A DNA stretch of 64,000 nt from an uncultured Methanosarcinaceae archaeon (GCA_963847185.1 CAWJYV010000010.1:384001-448000), one strand, 5' to 3'. Positions 32,574 to 42,299 are shown, counted from the first letter of the stretch. The notes: generated by a model from the sequence alone, not told the origin. A program made the numbers and translations.

Positions 32574-32969
32574 ATGCAAATTAAGGGAATAGCCCGAGAT
32601 ACCTTGACTTTTATTCTAGAGGCCAGCAAGTCCATGGCTCCGGAAGAGTTTGCAGGACTTTTGCAGGAAAAAGACGGCATCATTACTGAGGTGCTTATAC
32701 TGCCAGGCACGGAGTCCAGTGACACAAACGCAGTTTTGAGACTTTACATGATGCCGAATGTCAAAGCCGCAGGCTCTGTCCACAGCCATCCGGGCCCGAA
32801 CCGCAGACCTTCGCAAGCTGACCTTCACCTTTTCTCAAAAACAGGAAACTGCCATATAATAGTGGGCCGTCCCTATGACAGACAGAGCTGGACCTGTTAC
32901 GATAGAGAAGGAAATGTCAGGGAACTCGAAGTACTTGATGTAGAGTTTGAAGACGAGGAAGAAATTTAA
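32574..32969 (+). CDS. JAMM/MPN+ metalloprotease
   Basis: EFAGLL...HSHPGPNRRPSQAD matches E-x-HSH-x7-S-x2-D. Confidence 0.92.
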   Translation: MQIKGIARDTLTFILEASKSMAPEEFAGLLQEKDGIITEVLILPGTESSDTNAVLRLYMMPNVKAAGSVHSHPGPNRRPSQADLHLFSKTGNCHIIVGRPYDRQSWTCYDREGNVRELEVLDVEFEDEEEI

Positions 32970-33421
32970 CTTAAAGCTCCTGAAGAAACATTTTTAAGGT
33001 TCCGGAAGAAATTATTAAATCTTCGTAAGAAACTTGCTTAAAGCTCCTGAACATCTTCATCTTTTTTGACCGGCAAAAACTTTCTGTATTGAGATATAAA
33101 TAAACTCATTTCGATTTCGAGCAGCTACGGCAGTCCCTGTCTACTACGACAATCTTTTATCGCAGGACCTTACCCCTACCTGCCTGTTCCTGAGTTCTAC
33201 TGTTAAAGTGAAAACCATAAAACCTTTACTTTCTCAGGTTACTGCCCCTCCTTTTAAATAGTCTACCAAAAATGTTTTATTTACAGATACATATTGTTTA
33301 GAGGATACTTCTTCGCATTAAAATATACGAAGAAAGCGATTCTTCGCTTCAGAAGTTGTATCCGGGCAAACGTCTGGGAAGAGAACCAGATGGCCTTCAC
33401 ATTCTGGAGGTAGTAATCCGA

Positions 33422-33598
33422 ATGCCTACATGCCAAGATTGCAGATTTTATACGGCTATTGATGAGCTAAAAGGCGAATGTTTCAGCCTTGGTTTTGAAG
33501 TACGTGGTAAAACCGATTCCAAGAAGTGCCCGGAGCGGGCTTTCAGGCCAGATAAAGGCGGTCCCAAACCGAAAAAATCCGGAGCAGCAAGATATTAA
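33422..33598 (+). CDS. 58-aa four-Cys protein, probable Fe-S/Zn binder (BssC/TutF-like spacing)
   Basis: RBS GGAGGT; MPTCQDCRFY...GEC...KKCPERAF. Confidence 0.65.
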   Translation: MPTCQDCRFYTAIDELKGECFSLGFEVRGKTDSKKCPERAFRPDKGGPKPKKSGAARY

Positions 33599-33826
33599 AA
33601 CAAGTTGCTAAAGAATAGGGGACGAAAAAAGCTCAGAAAAGAGGTTTAAAACATAACTATGGATTGAAACATACCTCAAGCCTGGAAATCTGCCGGAAAG
33701 CGCCAAAGATTTTCTTTTTTTGCTTGCCGGAATTAAATGAGCTTAAATAGATCTCATTGAATTTATTTTTATATCTGCTTTTTTTCCTTTGAATGACGAA
33801 GGACAAAATGAATTAACATAGGTTAT

Positions 33827-34031
33827 GAGAGAATTAACGAGAAATTAATGAGAAATTAACGAGAAATTAATGAGAAATTAACGAGAAATTAATGAGAAAT
33901 TAACGAGAAATTAATGAGAATTAACAAGAAATTAATGAGAATTAACAAGAAATTAATGAGAATTAGCGAAATTAATGAAATTAATGAAAGAATAAATGAG
34001 AAATTAATGAAAGAATTAATGGATAATTAAC
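33827..34031. repeat. 11-bp tandem repeat GAGAAATTAA(C/T), degrading rightwards
   Basis: Alternating C/T units give a 22-bp higher-order period; lies just past the pcc1 stop. Confidence 0.95.
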
Positions 34032-34035
34032 AAAA

Positions 34036-34287
34036 CTAGCAACGAGAAGAGTCCGCAGCTTCAAGGACTTCCTGCGCGATCTGGATCAGCCTGAACCAGG
34101 TGTTCAGCGCCGAGCGAAGAGAAACCGGATCTTCAGCCTTTACGCTAAGCACCAGCGTGTTCTTATCCTCAAGAGATAGGCCTATTGCAGACCTTTCTGA
34201 GAAATTGTCCTCAAGCTCAGGCAGGACAGCCCTGTAGATCGTTTCTGCAGTTTCGGCTTCAAAAGTAAATTCTGCAAACAGTTTCAA
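34036..34287 (-). CDS. pcc1: KEOPS complex subunit Pcc1
   Basis: IYRAVLPE...AEDPVSLRSALNTWFRLI; follows the Brix gene. Confidence 0.9.
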   Translation of the reverse strand: MKLFAEFTFEAETAETIYRAVLPELEDNFSERSAIGLSLEDKNTLVLSVKAEDPVSLRSALNTWFRLIQIAQEVLEAADSSRC

Positions 34288-34320
34288 AGAATTCCTCCGG
34301 GAAAAATAAGGGTATTAAGG

Positions 34321-34794
34321 TCAGTATTTTTTAAAACCTTTTATATTAAGCTTAAAAAGAGACTTTCCATCGCCCTTAAAATCAATCTCCTTCTCCCCAA
34401 CCACAATTAAGACAGACCTGGCAGGAAGCTGGTCGATTTTATCGCTCTCAATCCTCGGGAAGTGGAAAAAGCTCCCAAGAGCATCTGCAATCTCCCCCTT
34501 CCCTGTAAGCACGGATTGAACATCCGGAAACCAGTAAGACTCGATTTCTTTGGAATACCAGTCCACAAACCTGAGGGAAAAAAGGAACTTCCCAGCTTTG
34601 TCAAAAAAACTGAGCTCCCCTGGGTTTCCGTGGTACTCTCCCACAACAATGAGAGCCCCGCCCCCAGCAGATTCCACAAGTTCCTGCATACCCATTTTTC
34701 CGCGTGCAATGCACTTTCCGGCTGCGACCCGCGAGAGCAACTTGCAAAGCGTCCTTGTCTTTGCAGACGGTTTGCGAGAAGTAGTAATTAGCAT
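34321..34794 (-). CDS. Brix-domain ribosome biogenesis protein
   Basis: [18 protein letters not shown]...RGKM...EYHGNPG. Confidence 0.9.
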   Translation of the reverse strand: MLITTSRKPSAKTRTLCKLLSRVAAGKCIARGKMGMQELVESAGGGALIVVGEYHGNPGELSFFDKAGKFLFSLRFVDWYSKEIESYWFPDVQSVLTGKGEIADALGSFFHFPRIESDKIDQLPARSVLIVVGEKEIDFKGDGKSLFKLNIKGFKKY

Positions 34795-34895
34795 ACTTCC
34801 CCTGACGAGTTAAGAGTATTTTTCACTTTCGCTCCGCCTGGAGAGTATTTTTTCTGTTTGACAAATCCATGCGGATAGATATTGAAAAAGCTAAA

Positions 34896-34955
34896 GGTCC
34901 AGATCTTAAACTTCGCACCCTCATTGAGGGTTAGAGACATCAAAAAAGTAACCCC
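34896..34955 (+). other. Second, more degenerate candidate casposon target/end junction
   Basis: GGTCCAGATCTTAAACTT-CGCA+10 nt-GGGTTAGAGACATCAAAAAAGTAAC has the same geometry as 35941. It could instead be the Brix 5' UTR hairpin. Confidence 0.35.
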
Positions 34956-35078
34956 GTTTTGCAAGATTTATATAAAACTTCTTTCAAAAATTGCCCCATT
35001 CATAAGTAATTATCTTTTTACAATGATCGTCTGAAAAAAATTAAGTTATTTTGGATGTTATTTTGAGTTATTTTGATG

Positions 35079-35603
35079 TTATTTTGGATGTTCCTTTTCG
35101 TTTGAAGTTTTCCCTTCATCCTGAAGAAGAGCAAGATCCAAAAGTTCTTCGTACACTTCCTTATGATGCATTCCAACTACACTGGCCTTGAATCGGTCCG
35201 TGCCGGTGCTCCCATCCCTTTGCAGATAAACATATTTTCCGTTTTCAATACCCATAATTACAGAGGCGTCGGGAATAATTCTCACGTTAAAGTATTTAGC
35301 AAGGTCCATGTTCTGATCCACATCCACAGCCATGAACGTTACTTTTCCCCCATATTCTGTTGCCAGTTCATCAAAGACAGGCTTCATTCCCCTACATGCC
35401 TTACACCATCGAGATCCGAATTTCAAAAAAACAGGGCCTTTCTGGAGAGATGCATTTATCTGCTCAATAGAGGTTACTTCTATAACAGTATTTTTCTCCA
35501 GGCCTGCATCGGCCTTTGTGGAATTTGCCTGAGTTTTTTCAGCACAGCCTTCTGCAGATATCATCACTGCAAGCAATATCAATAATGTAATTACTTTCTT
35601 CAT
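35079..35603 (-). CDS. Thioredoxin-family lipoprotein
   Basis: Signal peptide with EG-C lipobox, WCKAC active site and cis-Pro motif IP. Confidence 0.88.
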   Translation of the reverse strand: MKKVITLLILLAVMISAEGCAEKTQANSTKADAGLEKNTVIEVTSIEQINASLQKGPVFLKFGSRWCKACRGMKPVFDELATEYGGKVTFMAVDVDQNMDLAKYFNVRIIPDASVIMGIENGKYVYLQRDGSTGTDRFKASVVGMHHKEVYEELLDLALLQDEGKTSNEKEHPK

Positions 35604-35940
35604 ATTAGTCGTCCCCTACTCCACCAGAATATAATAAAGAAAATATTTGAAATGTGAACATACTTATTGGATTTACGCAACTGATTTTTAAACGGTTTAG
35701 ATAACAGGCCTCTTGTTAAAACTAAAGAGTTTAAGCTAGACCTTAGTGCATAGATAGACTACTTTGAAATATAAATGAATAATAGAATAAATTTTCCTTA
35801 TAATTAGTAGTGTTTAAAACGAATAAGGACATATTTTTTTTATTTCTTTCCAAATTATCAATAATTCAGTCGACATATATTTTTGAGTATAATTAAAATA
35901 AGGTTTTCTGCCTAGATAGAGGTCCTGGAAAAAAGAGTAA

Positions 35941-36006
35941 GGTTCGAATTTAATCCCTCGCACTAAATTCGTGGGTAATAGGGATCACGAATTTTTTGTA
36001 CGCAAC
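35941..36006 (+). other. tRNA-Leu-like 3' pseudo-target, 14-bp target copy and candidate casposon terminal repeat
   Basis: GGTTCGAATTTAATCCCT|CGCACTAAATTCGT (35959-72)|GGGTAATAGGGATCACGAATTTTTTGTACGCAAC. Confidence 0.65.
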
Positions 36007-36574
36007 AGACAAATTTTCACAGTATACTTTTTTAAAATACTTTCAAGTTAAAAAAGAGTATATTTTATATTTATAAAAATAAACAAATAATAAATTTTTT
36101 GTACGCAAGTGCATAAGTTACGCAAAACCACTTTTTCTAAAGTGGGTAAGTCAAAAATAAATTATCTCATTTTTGGAAGTTGCCTTAACAAAATTTACCT
36201 TTGTTCTCTTTCAAAAATTACCTTACAAAAATGAGAGGGGTTGTTTAAAAGTTTTGCAGTTAAAAATAAGGTTATTTAATATACAGATATGCTAATAAAT
36301 ATTTTGATATGTCCAATCTGTCAAAAATACTTACTAATTCAAAAAATGGTTGACTAAAACTGATTTTTTTGTAGTTTATTTAACTTACTGTATAATCTCA
36401 TTTTTTGGAATTTAGAATATATTATTCTGGATTTTTTTTCTTATATTGACTAAAAACTTGATGAGTTATTTCAAATTAATTTCAATACATAAAGCGATGA
36501 AAAAAGATCAAATCATATAACTATTTACTCTTTTAGTTTGGTAATAAACTTATACTTTTTTATGGGCGAATCTT

Positions 36575-39500
36575 ATGGAACCAGTTACTCAAATAATACT
36601 TGGAAAATCTATATCTTCTGTAATTAGTTATGGAGTTCAAACTCTGTGCAAAAAGATTCCTAATTCGATATTTGCTAAGGAAGAAATTGGGAGTGTAATA
36701 TTTGATAACTCTTACTTTGACTCCTTAGTAGAGAGAGATATTGAATACATTAACAAAGAAATAAATAATTTAGATAACACCTATGAAATAAATTTTGAAT
36801 CAATTTGTACATTTTTCAAATATCCAGAAATAGAATGTATAATACGTCAAATATACGCAGCTATTTTACCTAGGAATTTTACTCATGATAAGAACATCAA
36901 AGAGATTGAAAAAGAACTTGCACTTTTATTATCACTATACTTTGGTGTTAAACAGGAAAAAATTTCGAACCTTGCATCAATATTATTCGGCATATTGATC
37001 GAAGGATGTCAAGAGACACTCAGCAAGCAAATCTTCAATAGTGAACTTACAGCCCTAGCAATTATGTCAAATTATAATAATAAAATAATTCTTGATGAAT
37101 TAGAAGGAATAAAAAGGAATACTGAATTTCTTTTGGAGGAGGAAATAAACTCTAAAGAAATTCATCGCTTTTTTGGGGTATATCGTGATCTTCTGAAAGA
37201 AAGGCATAAATGGATACCAATTTCAAATTTCGAAGGTAGTGTAAGAAAACCTATTGATAAAATCTATGTATGCCCAAATTTTATCAAAAGAAGCAAGGAA
37301 AATAGAGTCAATAAATCCTTAGAGTTTTTTGATTTCCTTTCGAAAATACATCGCGTAGTAATACTAGGCGATCCAGGTAATGGAAAAACCACCTTCACTA
37401 AAAAAATGTGCTATGAGTTGTCTTCTAGATATTCAGACAGACTTTTTGCAGGAAGAGAACTGGTTCCTTTTTTAATAGTGATCAAAGATTATCAAGCAGA
37501 AAAAATGAAAAATAACATTTCAATAATAGATTTCATAAGTGATGGATTAAATCCGAACTTTCAAATAGAACCGCCTAAGGGTGCTTTTAAGTATCTTTTA
37601 TTGAACGGCTATATTTTGTTGATATTTGATGGACTTGATGAGCTTTTAGATACGAGATATAGAGAACAAATAGTATATGAAATTGAGTCATTTTGTACTC
37701 TTTACCCTTCAATTCCAGTAATAGTCACCTCTCGTAGAATAGGATATGAGGAAGCTGCATTAAGAGATGACATGTTTGAGATATATGAAATGACTTCTTT
37801 TAATAGAAATCAAATTAGAGAATATGTTGAAAAATGGTTTAGTTTAGATTATGAATTAAGTTCAAATCAAAGAATTGAAAAAGCAAGGCACTTCATGATT
37901 GAAAGCGAGAAGGTATCTGACCTTCGTTCTAATTCTTTGATGTTATCTTTGATGTGCAACATATATAGACAAGAAAATTACATCCCAGAAAACAGACCCA
38001 AAATTTATCAAAAATGCGCTGAAATGCTTTTCAAAAAATGGGATAGATATAGGGGAATTAATCCCAAGATCACGATACAAGACTCAAAAATAGAATCTCT
38101 CATTTCTCATCTGGCTCATTGGATATATACAAATGAGTTCTCAAAAGAAGGTGTAAGAGAAGAGGAGTTAATATGGAGAGCAACTGAATATCTTTACGGT
38201 TCTACTTATGAAGATCACGATGAAGCCAAAAAGGTGGCAGAAGAATTTGTAACTTTCTCAAAGGGACGCGCATGGATATTTACTGCTATTGGTACTAATA
38301 CAGATCAAGAATTATACCAATTCACACATAGGACTTTTTTAGAATACTTTACAGCAGAATGGTTTTGCAAAAATTTTGAGGATACATTTGAGTTAACTAA
38401 TGAGCTGATTCCAAAAATAAGTAAAAGAGAATGGGATGTAGTGGCACAGTTAGCATTCCAAATAAGGGGTGAATACTCAGAGAATGCAACAGATAAAATA
38501 TTCAACACTTTGTTGAAAGTAGCAAATGTATCAGAGGAAGTAGAATGTGGAAATTTACTCTCTTTTGCAGCAAAAAGCCTAGAGTTTATGAGACCAAGTC
38601 CAAATGTAGTTAAAGAGCTAACAAAAGAGTGTTTTGAGTTTTCTCTTTCTTTTGGAAATAGTATCACTAAGGGTAGGAATATGCAACAGGGGAGTATACT
38701 GACTCTGAATAGAATTAGAGGTCTTCCTATTAGATTAATTGTAGACCTCAGGCATTCTATAAGAGAAAATAAAATAAAAGTTGTTGAAACATTAAAAGAT
38801 TTGATAATAGATTATATTAAAAACAAAAGAGATTTTGAAGCAACTTTAGCAGCCGAAATCATTTTTGAATTGGCATATGGAAGATATGACGAAGCTTTGG
38901 GTAAAAAAGAACAACTATACTGGTCTGAAATATCGAATACTATATTCCAAGAATGTTATCAACTTAACAAACCATTATTTGAAGAAGATCTTCATTTGTG
39001 CCTACAATCTTATAATACCTCAATTATAATAAAAATAGATACAGTTCTGAAATTACATGGGTTAGAAGGCATATTATCTGATTTTACTAATTTCATGAAC
39101 CCAAATTCTCTCCATTATGGAATTGGATACTCTTTATTAGACAAAATATTTCCATTTGATTTCTATTTAATAAGAACAACAACTGATTCATATACAGAGG
39201 AAACTATCAAAAAAACATCAGAAATATTACGAAAAATTGGAGAATTTTGTTTAGAGAGTACTTTGCCTATAAATTTAAAAGAGGATTTGTGCACTATGGT
39301 AAACCATTATAAAAATTTTTTATCTGATATGAAGCTACAAACGCGATTCACAAATGATGGCATAAAGGTGCAAAATAGAATTAGTATTCTGCATAACTAC
39401 TCAGATTCTACAACAATTTTCGGAGCATTTTGCTTACTTGCTATTTTATTTGAGCTAAATAATAGTCCCAGATCTAGAACATTTATTAAACATTTTATAA

Positions 39501-39706
39501 ATCAAGTTGATACAAAACCTTTAAAAAAGATTTTTTTGGTATGGTTGGGGGGCTGTATAGATTGCAATGAAATAAAAAATGAACTTGACATGGTTGGGTT
39601 CTCGAGTAGACAAAAAGAATTCATAGAGAATTGGGCTCAAAAGAACATCCGTTTTTTAAGGAGTAAAAATAAAAGCTTAAAAGATTATGGGATTAATGTA
39701 TCTTAA
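36575..39706 (+). CDS. NACHT (STAND/NLR-like) NTPase, 1043 aa, probable antiviral protein
   Basis: Walker A GDPGNGKT, Walker B LLIFDGLDE, VTSR sensor, NSLMLSLMC and YQFTHRTFLEYFTA; visibly AT-rich. Confidence 0.92.
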   Translation: MEPVTQIILGKSISSVISYGVQTLCKKIPNSIFAKEEIGSVIFDNSYFDSLVERDIEYINKEINNLDNTYEINFESICTFFKYPEIECIIRQIYAAILPRNFTHDKNIKEIEKELALLLSLYFGVKQEKISNLASILFGILIEGCQETLSKQIFNSELTALAIMSNYNNKIILDELEGIKRNTEFLLEEEINSKEIHRFFGVYRDLLKERHKWIPISNFEGSVRKPIDKIYVCPNFIKRSKENRVNKSLEFFDFLSKIHRVVILGDPGNGKTTFTKKMCYELSSRYSDRLFAGRELVPFLIVIKDYQAEKMKNNISIIDFISDGLNPNFQIEPPKGAFKYLLLNGYILLIFDGLDELLDTRYREQIVYEIESFCTLYPSIPVIVTSRRIGYEEAALRDDMFEIYEMTSFNRNQIREYVEKWFSLDYELSSNQRIEKARHFMIESEKVSDLRSNSLMLSLMCNIYRQENYIPENRPKIYQKCAEMLFKKWDRYRGINPKITIQDSKIESLISHLAHWIYTNEFSKEGVREEELIWRATEYLYGSTYEDHDEAKKVAEEFVTFSKGRAWIFTAIGTNTDQELYQFTHRTFLEYFTAEWFCKNFEDTFELTNELIPKISKREWDVVAQLAFQIRGEYSENATDKIFNTLLKVANVSEEVECGNLLSFAAKSLEFMRPSPNVVKELTKECFEFSLSFGNSITKGRNMQQGSILTLNRIRGLPIRLIVDLRHSIRENKIKVVETLKDLIIDYIKNKRDFEATLAAEIIFELAYGRYDEALGKKEQLYWSEISNTIFQECYQLNKPLFEEDLHLCLQSYNTSIIIKIDTVLKLHGLEGILSDFTNFMNPNSLHYGIGYSLLDKIFPFDFYLIRTTTDSYTEETIKKTSEILRKIGEFCLESTLPINLKEDLCTMVNHYKNFLSDMKLQTRFTNDGIKVQNRISILHNYSDSTTIFGAFCLLAILFELNNSPRSRTFIKHFINQVDTKPLKKIFLVWLGGCIDCNEIKNELDMVGFSSRQKEFIENWAQKNIRFLRSKNKSLKDYGINVS

Positions 39707-39951
39707 ATATTAAACCACATATTAAGCTCCCTGCAAAAATATCTTTTCCAAAACTTATTAAGTTTGCAAACAGCCATTGTTTAACAAAATAGGTACCTTT
39801 AGTGCTTACTTTCAAAATAGAAATAAGACACACATTTTAATTTCATGACTTCAGGAGCGATGTTTATTAAAAATTTGAAATGTTTTTGTGGAAAAAGCCT
39901 CCGTTTTTTTTCTTTTGCTAATTTCCAGCCATAAAACTTGACTTTCCTTTA

Positions 39952-40659
39952 TCAAGTTTTAACCTGACCCCCTAAAACCAAATTTTCCCAAGCCTTAACT
40001 CTCTCCAAAACGTGGCTGTTTAGGGTAAAAGGTTTATCACTCTTGGCGTTCTGTTTCATATAATGTAAAGTACCCTTAGAAAACCCTAACTTTTTCCAAT
40101 CAACATAAGAAATACTCAGGATCTTTTGCCTTATTTCGTGGGAATCAACCCTCTGAACCCCAAATTCAGGGCTAACAAAATCTAATTCCTTTGGTTTTCC
40201 TGTAAGATTATGGGCTAACTCTCTGGCCTTTAGGAGTAATATAGACCCCCAGGTTGTCTGTTTATCCCCGTAATTTACGGGTTTGTTGAGCATGTTAGAG
40301 AACTCGTTAGCTACTTTCTTACCCCCAAGACCCCTTAATCTCAGGTTATAATTCTCGGTTACAATGAAATCTTTCTTATCCATTGTACCATTTTCAACTA
40401 AATTTATGACCGCTAAATCTACAAGAAACCTGAAAGGTTCCTGTAAATCATAGGCTAAACTATTTTTGCTGGGGTTCATTTCATGTAAAAACCCTACATG
40501 AGGGTCTAAACCAACAGTATTTATGACCCTTAAACACTCAGCTTCAAGTAAAGAATACCCATAATTTAGCATGGTACTTACCATATCCCCTGAACCCATA
40601 GGTCTTCTGTACTGGTCAATTCTTGAACAAAACTCGTACTTTTTCGGGATAGCTTTATT
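39952..40659 (-). pseudogene. cas1: 5'-truncated casposase (solo Cas1), fragment 1
   Basis: MLNYGYSLL, GLDPHVGFLH and LAYDLQEPFR motifs plus the tail WKKLGFSKGTLHYMKQNAK. Homologous reading runs back to NKAIPKKYEF (~40659), then TAG at 40678-80; the N-terminal domain is missing. Confidence 0.9.
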
Positions 40660-40790
40660 ATTTAACTTATCTAAGATCTATTATTCTTTTTGATTGTTTA
40701 TAATTATAAGGACTATACAGTTCTCATAATCTAGGGATTCATGAAAAAAAATAGATATGTTTATTAAGCAGTTTATTTTTATTAATTAGG

Positions 40791-40897
40791 TTACGCACTT
40801 GAAGTACCAAATCAACAGCTGTAAGCTTACAACTTTCTGAAATTTAAATTCTAAATCTGATGTTTACTGTACTTGATTTTGAATCTGAAGTGCGTAA
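40791..40897. mobile_element. ~110-bp MITE
   Basis: Perfect TIRs TTACGCACTT / AAGTGCGTAA; a lone similar end GGATTTACGCAACTG lies at ~35669. Confidence 0.7.
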
Positions 40898-40936
40898 GTC
40901 CAGATTATTTACACATAAAACAAACGAAGGGGATAT

Positions 40937-41908
40937 ATTATTAGAAGGACACTAATTTTTTGTTTAATGCTATTGCTTTTGATAAGCACAGCTTCAGCTG
41001 CGACACTTGATGTAGGACCCAAAGCGAAATATCATACGATTCAAAAAGCAGTAGATGCTGCTAAAGATGGGGATACTATTAGAGTTGCTCCAGGAACTTA
41101 TAAGGAAAATGTAAAAATCGATAACAAAACAATCTCATTAATGGGTACAAAATATCCTACAGTATATGGTTTTTGTTTTGAATCTGAGGATTTTGCTGAC
41201 TTCACCCAGTCTTTGAATATTAATGGATTCAAGATATCAAGAGATGGTGTGACCTTCACAGATTCAATTTTTTCTCATGCACCTATTACAACAGTGAGAA
41301 ACAATTATTTCTTAAACTGCAACATTACTATTACTGAGCGTAAGAATGGAATCAGTGTAATAAATAATCAATTCACAGGTCCTAAAGCCGGCATCCGCGC
41401 TTATGAAAGTAGCTATGATAAAGTTACAGGTAATAAATTCACAAATTGTGAAAAAGCAGCATTGGTTCAACTAGGATCAATAATTAAATTGTCAGGGAAT
41501 ACATTTACAAAATGTGATAACTGTGTGTACTCTTCTGAATCAGATTTTGGGGAAGTTTCTGATAATAAGTTTTCACAATGTCCAGTTGGACTACTACTCA
41601 CTGGATACACTCACGTTGATAAAATATCTACAAATTCGTTCACAAAATGTGGGACTGGCCTTAGTGTTATGGAAACAAAAGTTAACGACGTGGTTGGAAA
41701 TACATTTTCACAATGTGAGAAAGGGCTTTACGCTGAATCTTCATTTAACTCTCCATCATTTCCATCATTTGATAAAGTAACTAAAAACACATTTACTAAA
41801 TGTGATGTAGGCGTTACTCTTGTAGGTGTTCCAATTGATCCATTCACTGAAAATAAGTATATTAAAAACAAGAAAAACATAGAAATTATAAAAACAATAG
41901 AAGAATGA
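40937..41908 (+). CDS. Secreted right-handed beta-helix protein (NosD/pectin-lyase-like)
   Basis: YHTIQKAVDAAKDGDTIRVAPGTYKENV, then ~22-aa repeats (GNxFTxCxxG). The signal peptide n-region needs an ATT start at 40937 or 40940. Confidence 0.85.
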   Translation: MIRRTLIFCLMLLLLISTASAATLDVGPKAKYHTIQKAVDAAKDGDTIRVAPGTYKENVKIDNKTISLMGTKYPTVYGFCFESEDFADFTQSLNINGFKISRDGVTFTDSIFSHAPITTVRNNYFLNCNITITERKNGISVINNQFTGPKAGIRAYESSYDKVTGNKFTNCEKAALVQLGSIIKLSGNTFTKCDNCVYSSESDFGEVSDNKFSQCPVGLLLTGYTHVDKISTNSFTKCGTGLSVMETKVNDVVGNTFSQCEKGLYAESSFNSPSFPSFDKVTKNTFTKCDVGVTLVGVPIDPFTENKYIKNKKNIEIIKTIEE

Positions 41909-41924
41909 GAGCTATTAAATTAAT

Positions 41925-42070
41925 GGTTCTGTTGCAAAAAATCTGGTTATTTTACAAAACCAGTGAGAAACATCACAATTGGGATATATAGGAGCCATAA
42001 AACAAGTCAATTATGGAACAAAAAGGATTATCATCCTAAAGGATAGAAAAATTATTTTTGCAACAGGACC
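41925..42070. mobile_element. 146-bp MITE with IS6-like TIRs
   Basis: GGTTCTGTTGCAAAAA / TTTTTGCAACAGGACC (15/16 match). Confidence 0.8.
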
Positions 42071-42299
42071 GCCTAACTTGAGAACAGGAGCAGGAAACAC
42101 TAGTCATGTGAACACGGTTGTTTAACTTGAAGGTTTTTAAACCAGAACTCACCAAGCTATTGGTTTTTAAGGCATTCTTTAACTTATGGAAAAATACTCT
42201 TTTTTAGTTTTTGGGAACTCAGAAACAATATTTTTGAAATATTTAAAAAAAGTTTTTGTGAAAAAAATATTTGGTTTTTTCCTTTCTTTAACCCCCTAA

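Noticed and set aside
33309-33334. loxP/dif-like recombination site (TTCTTCGCAT-N6-ATACGAAGAA)
   Set aside because: No recombinase and no second copy; better explained as a leader hairpin.
33827-34031. CRISPR array or iteron origin
   Set aside because: Contiguous 11-bp units without spacers, and no rep or cdc6 gene nearby.
35880-35965. Complete tRNA gene
   Set aside because: Only a degenerate T-arm and acceptor 3' strand is present; there is no pairing 5' acceptor strand, D-arm or anticodon arm.
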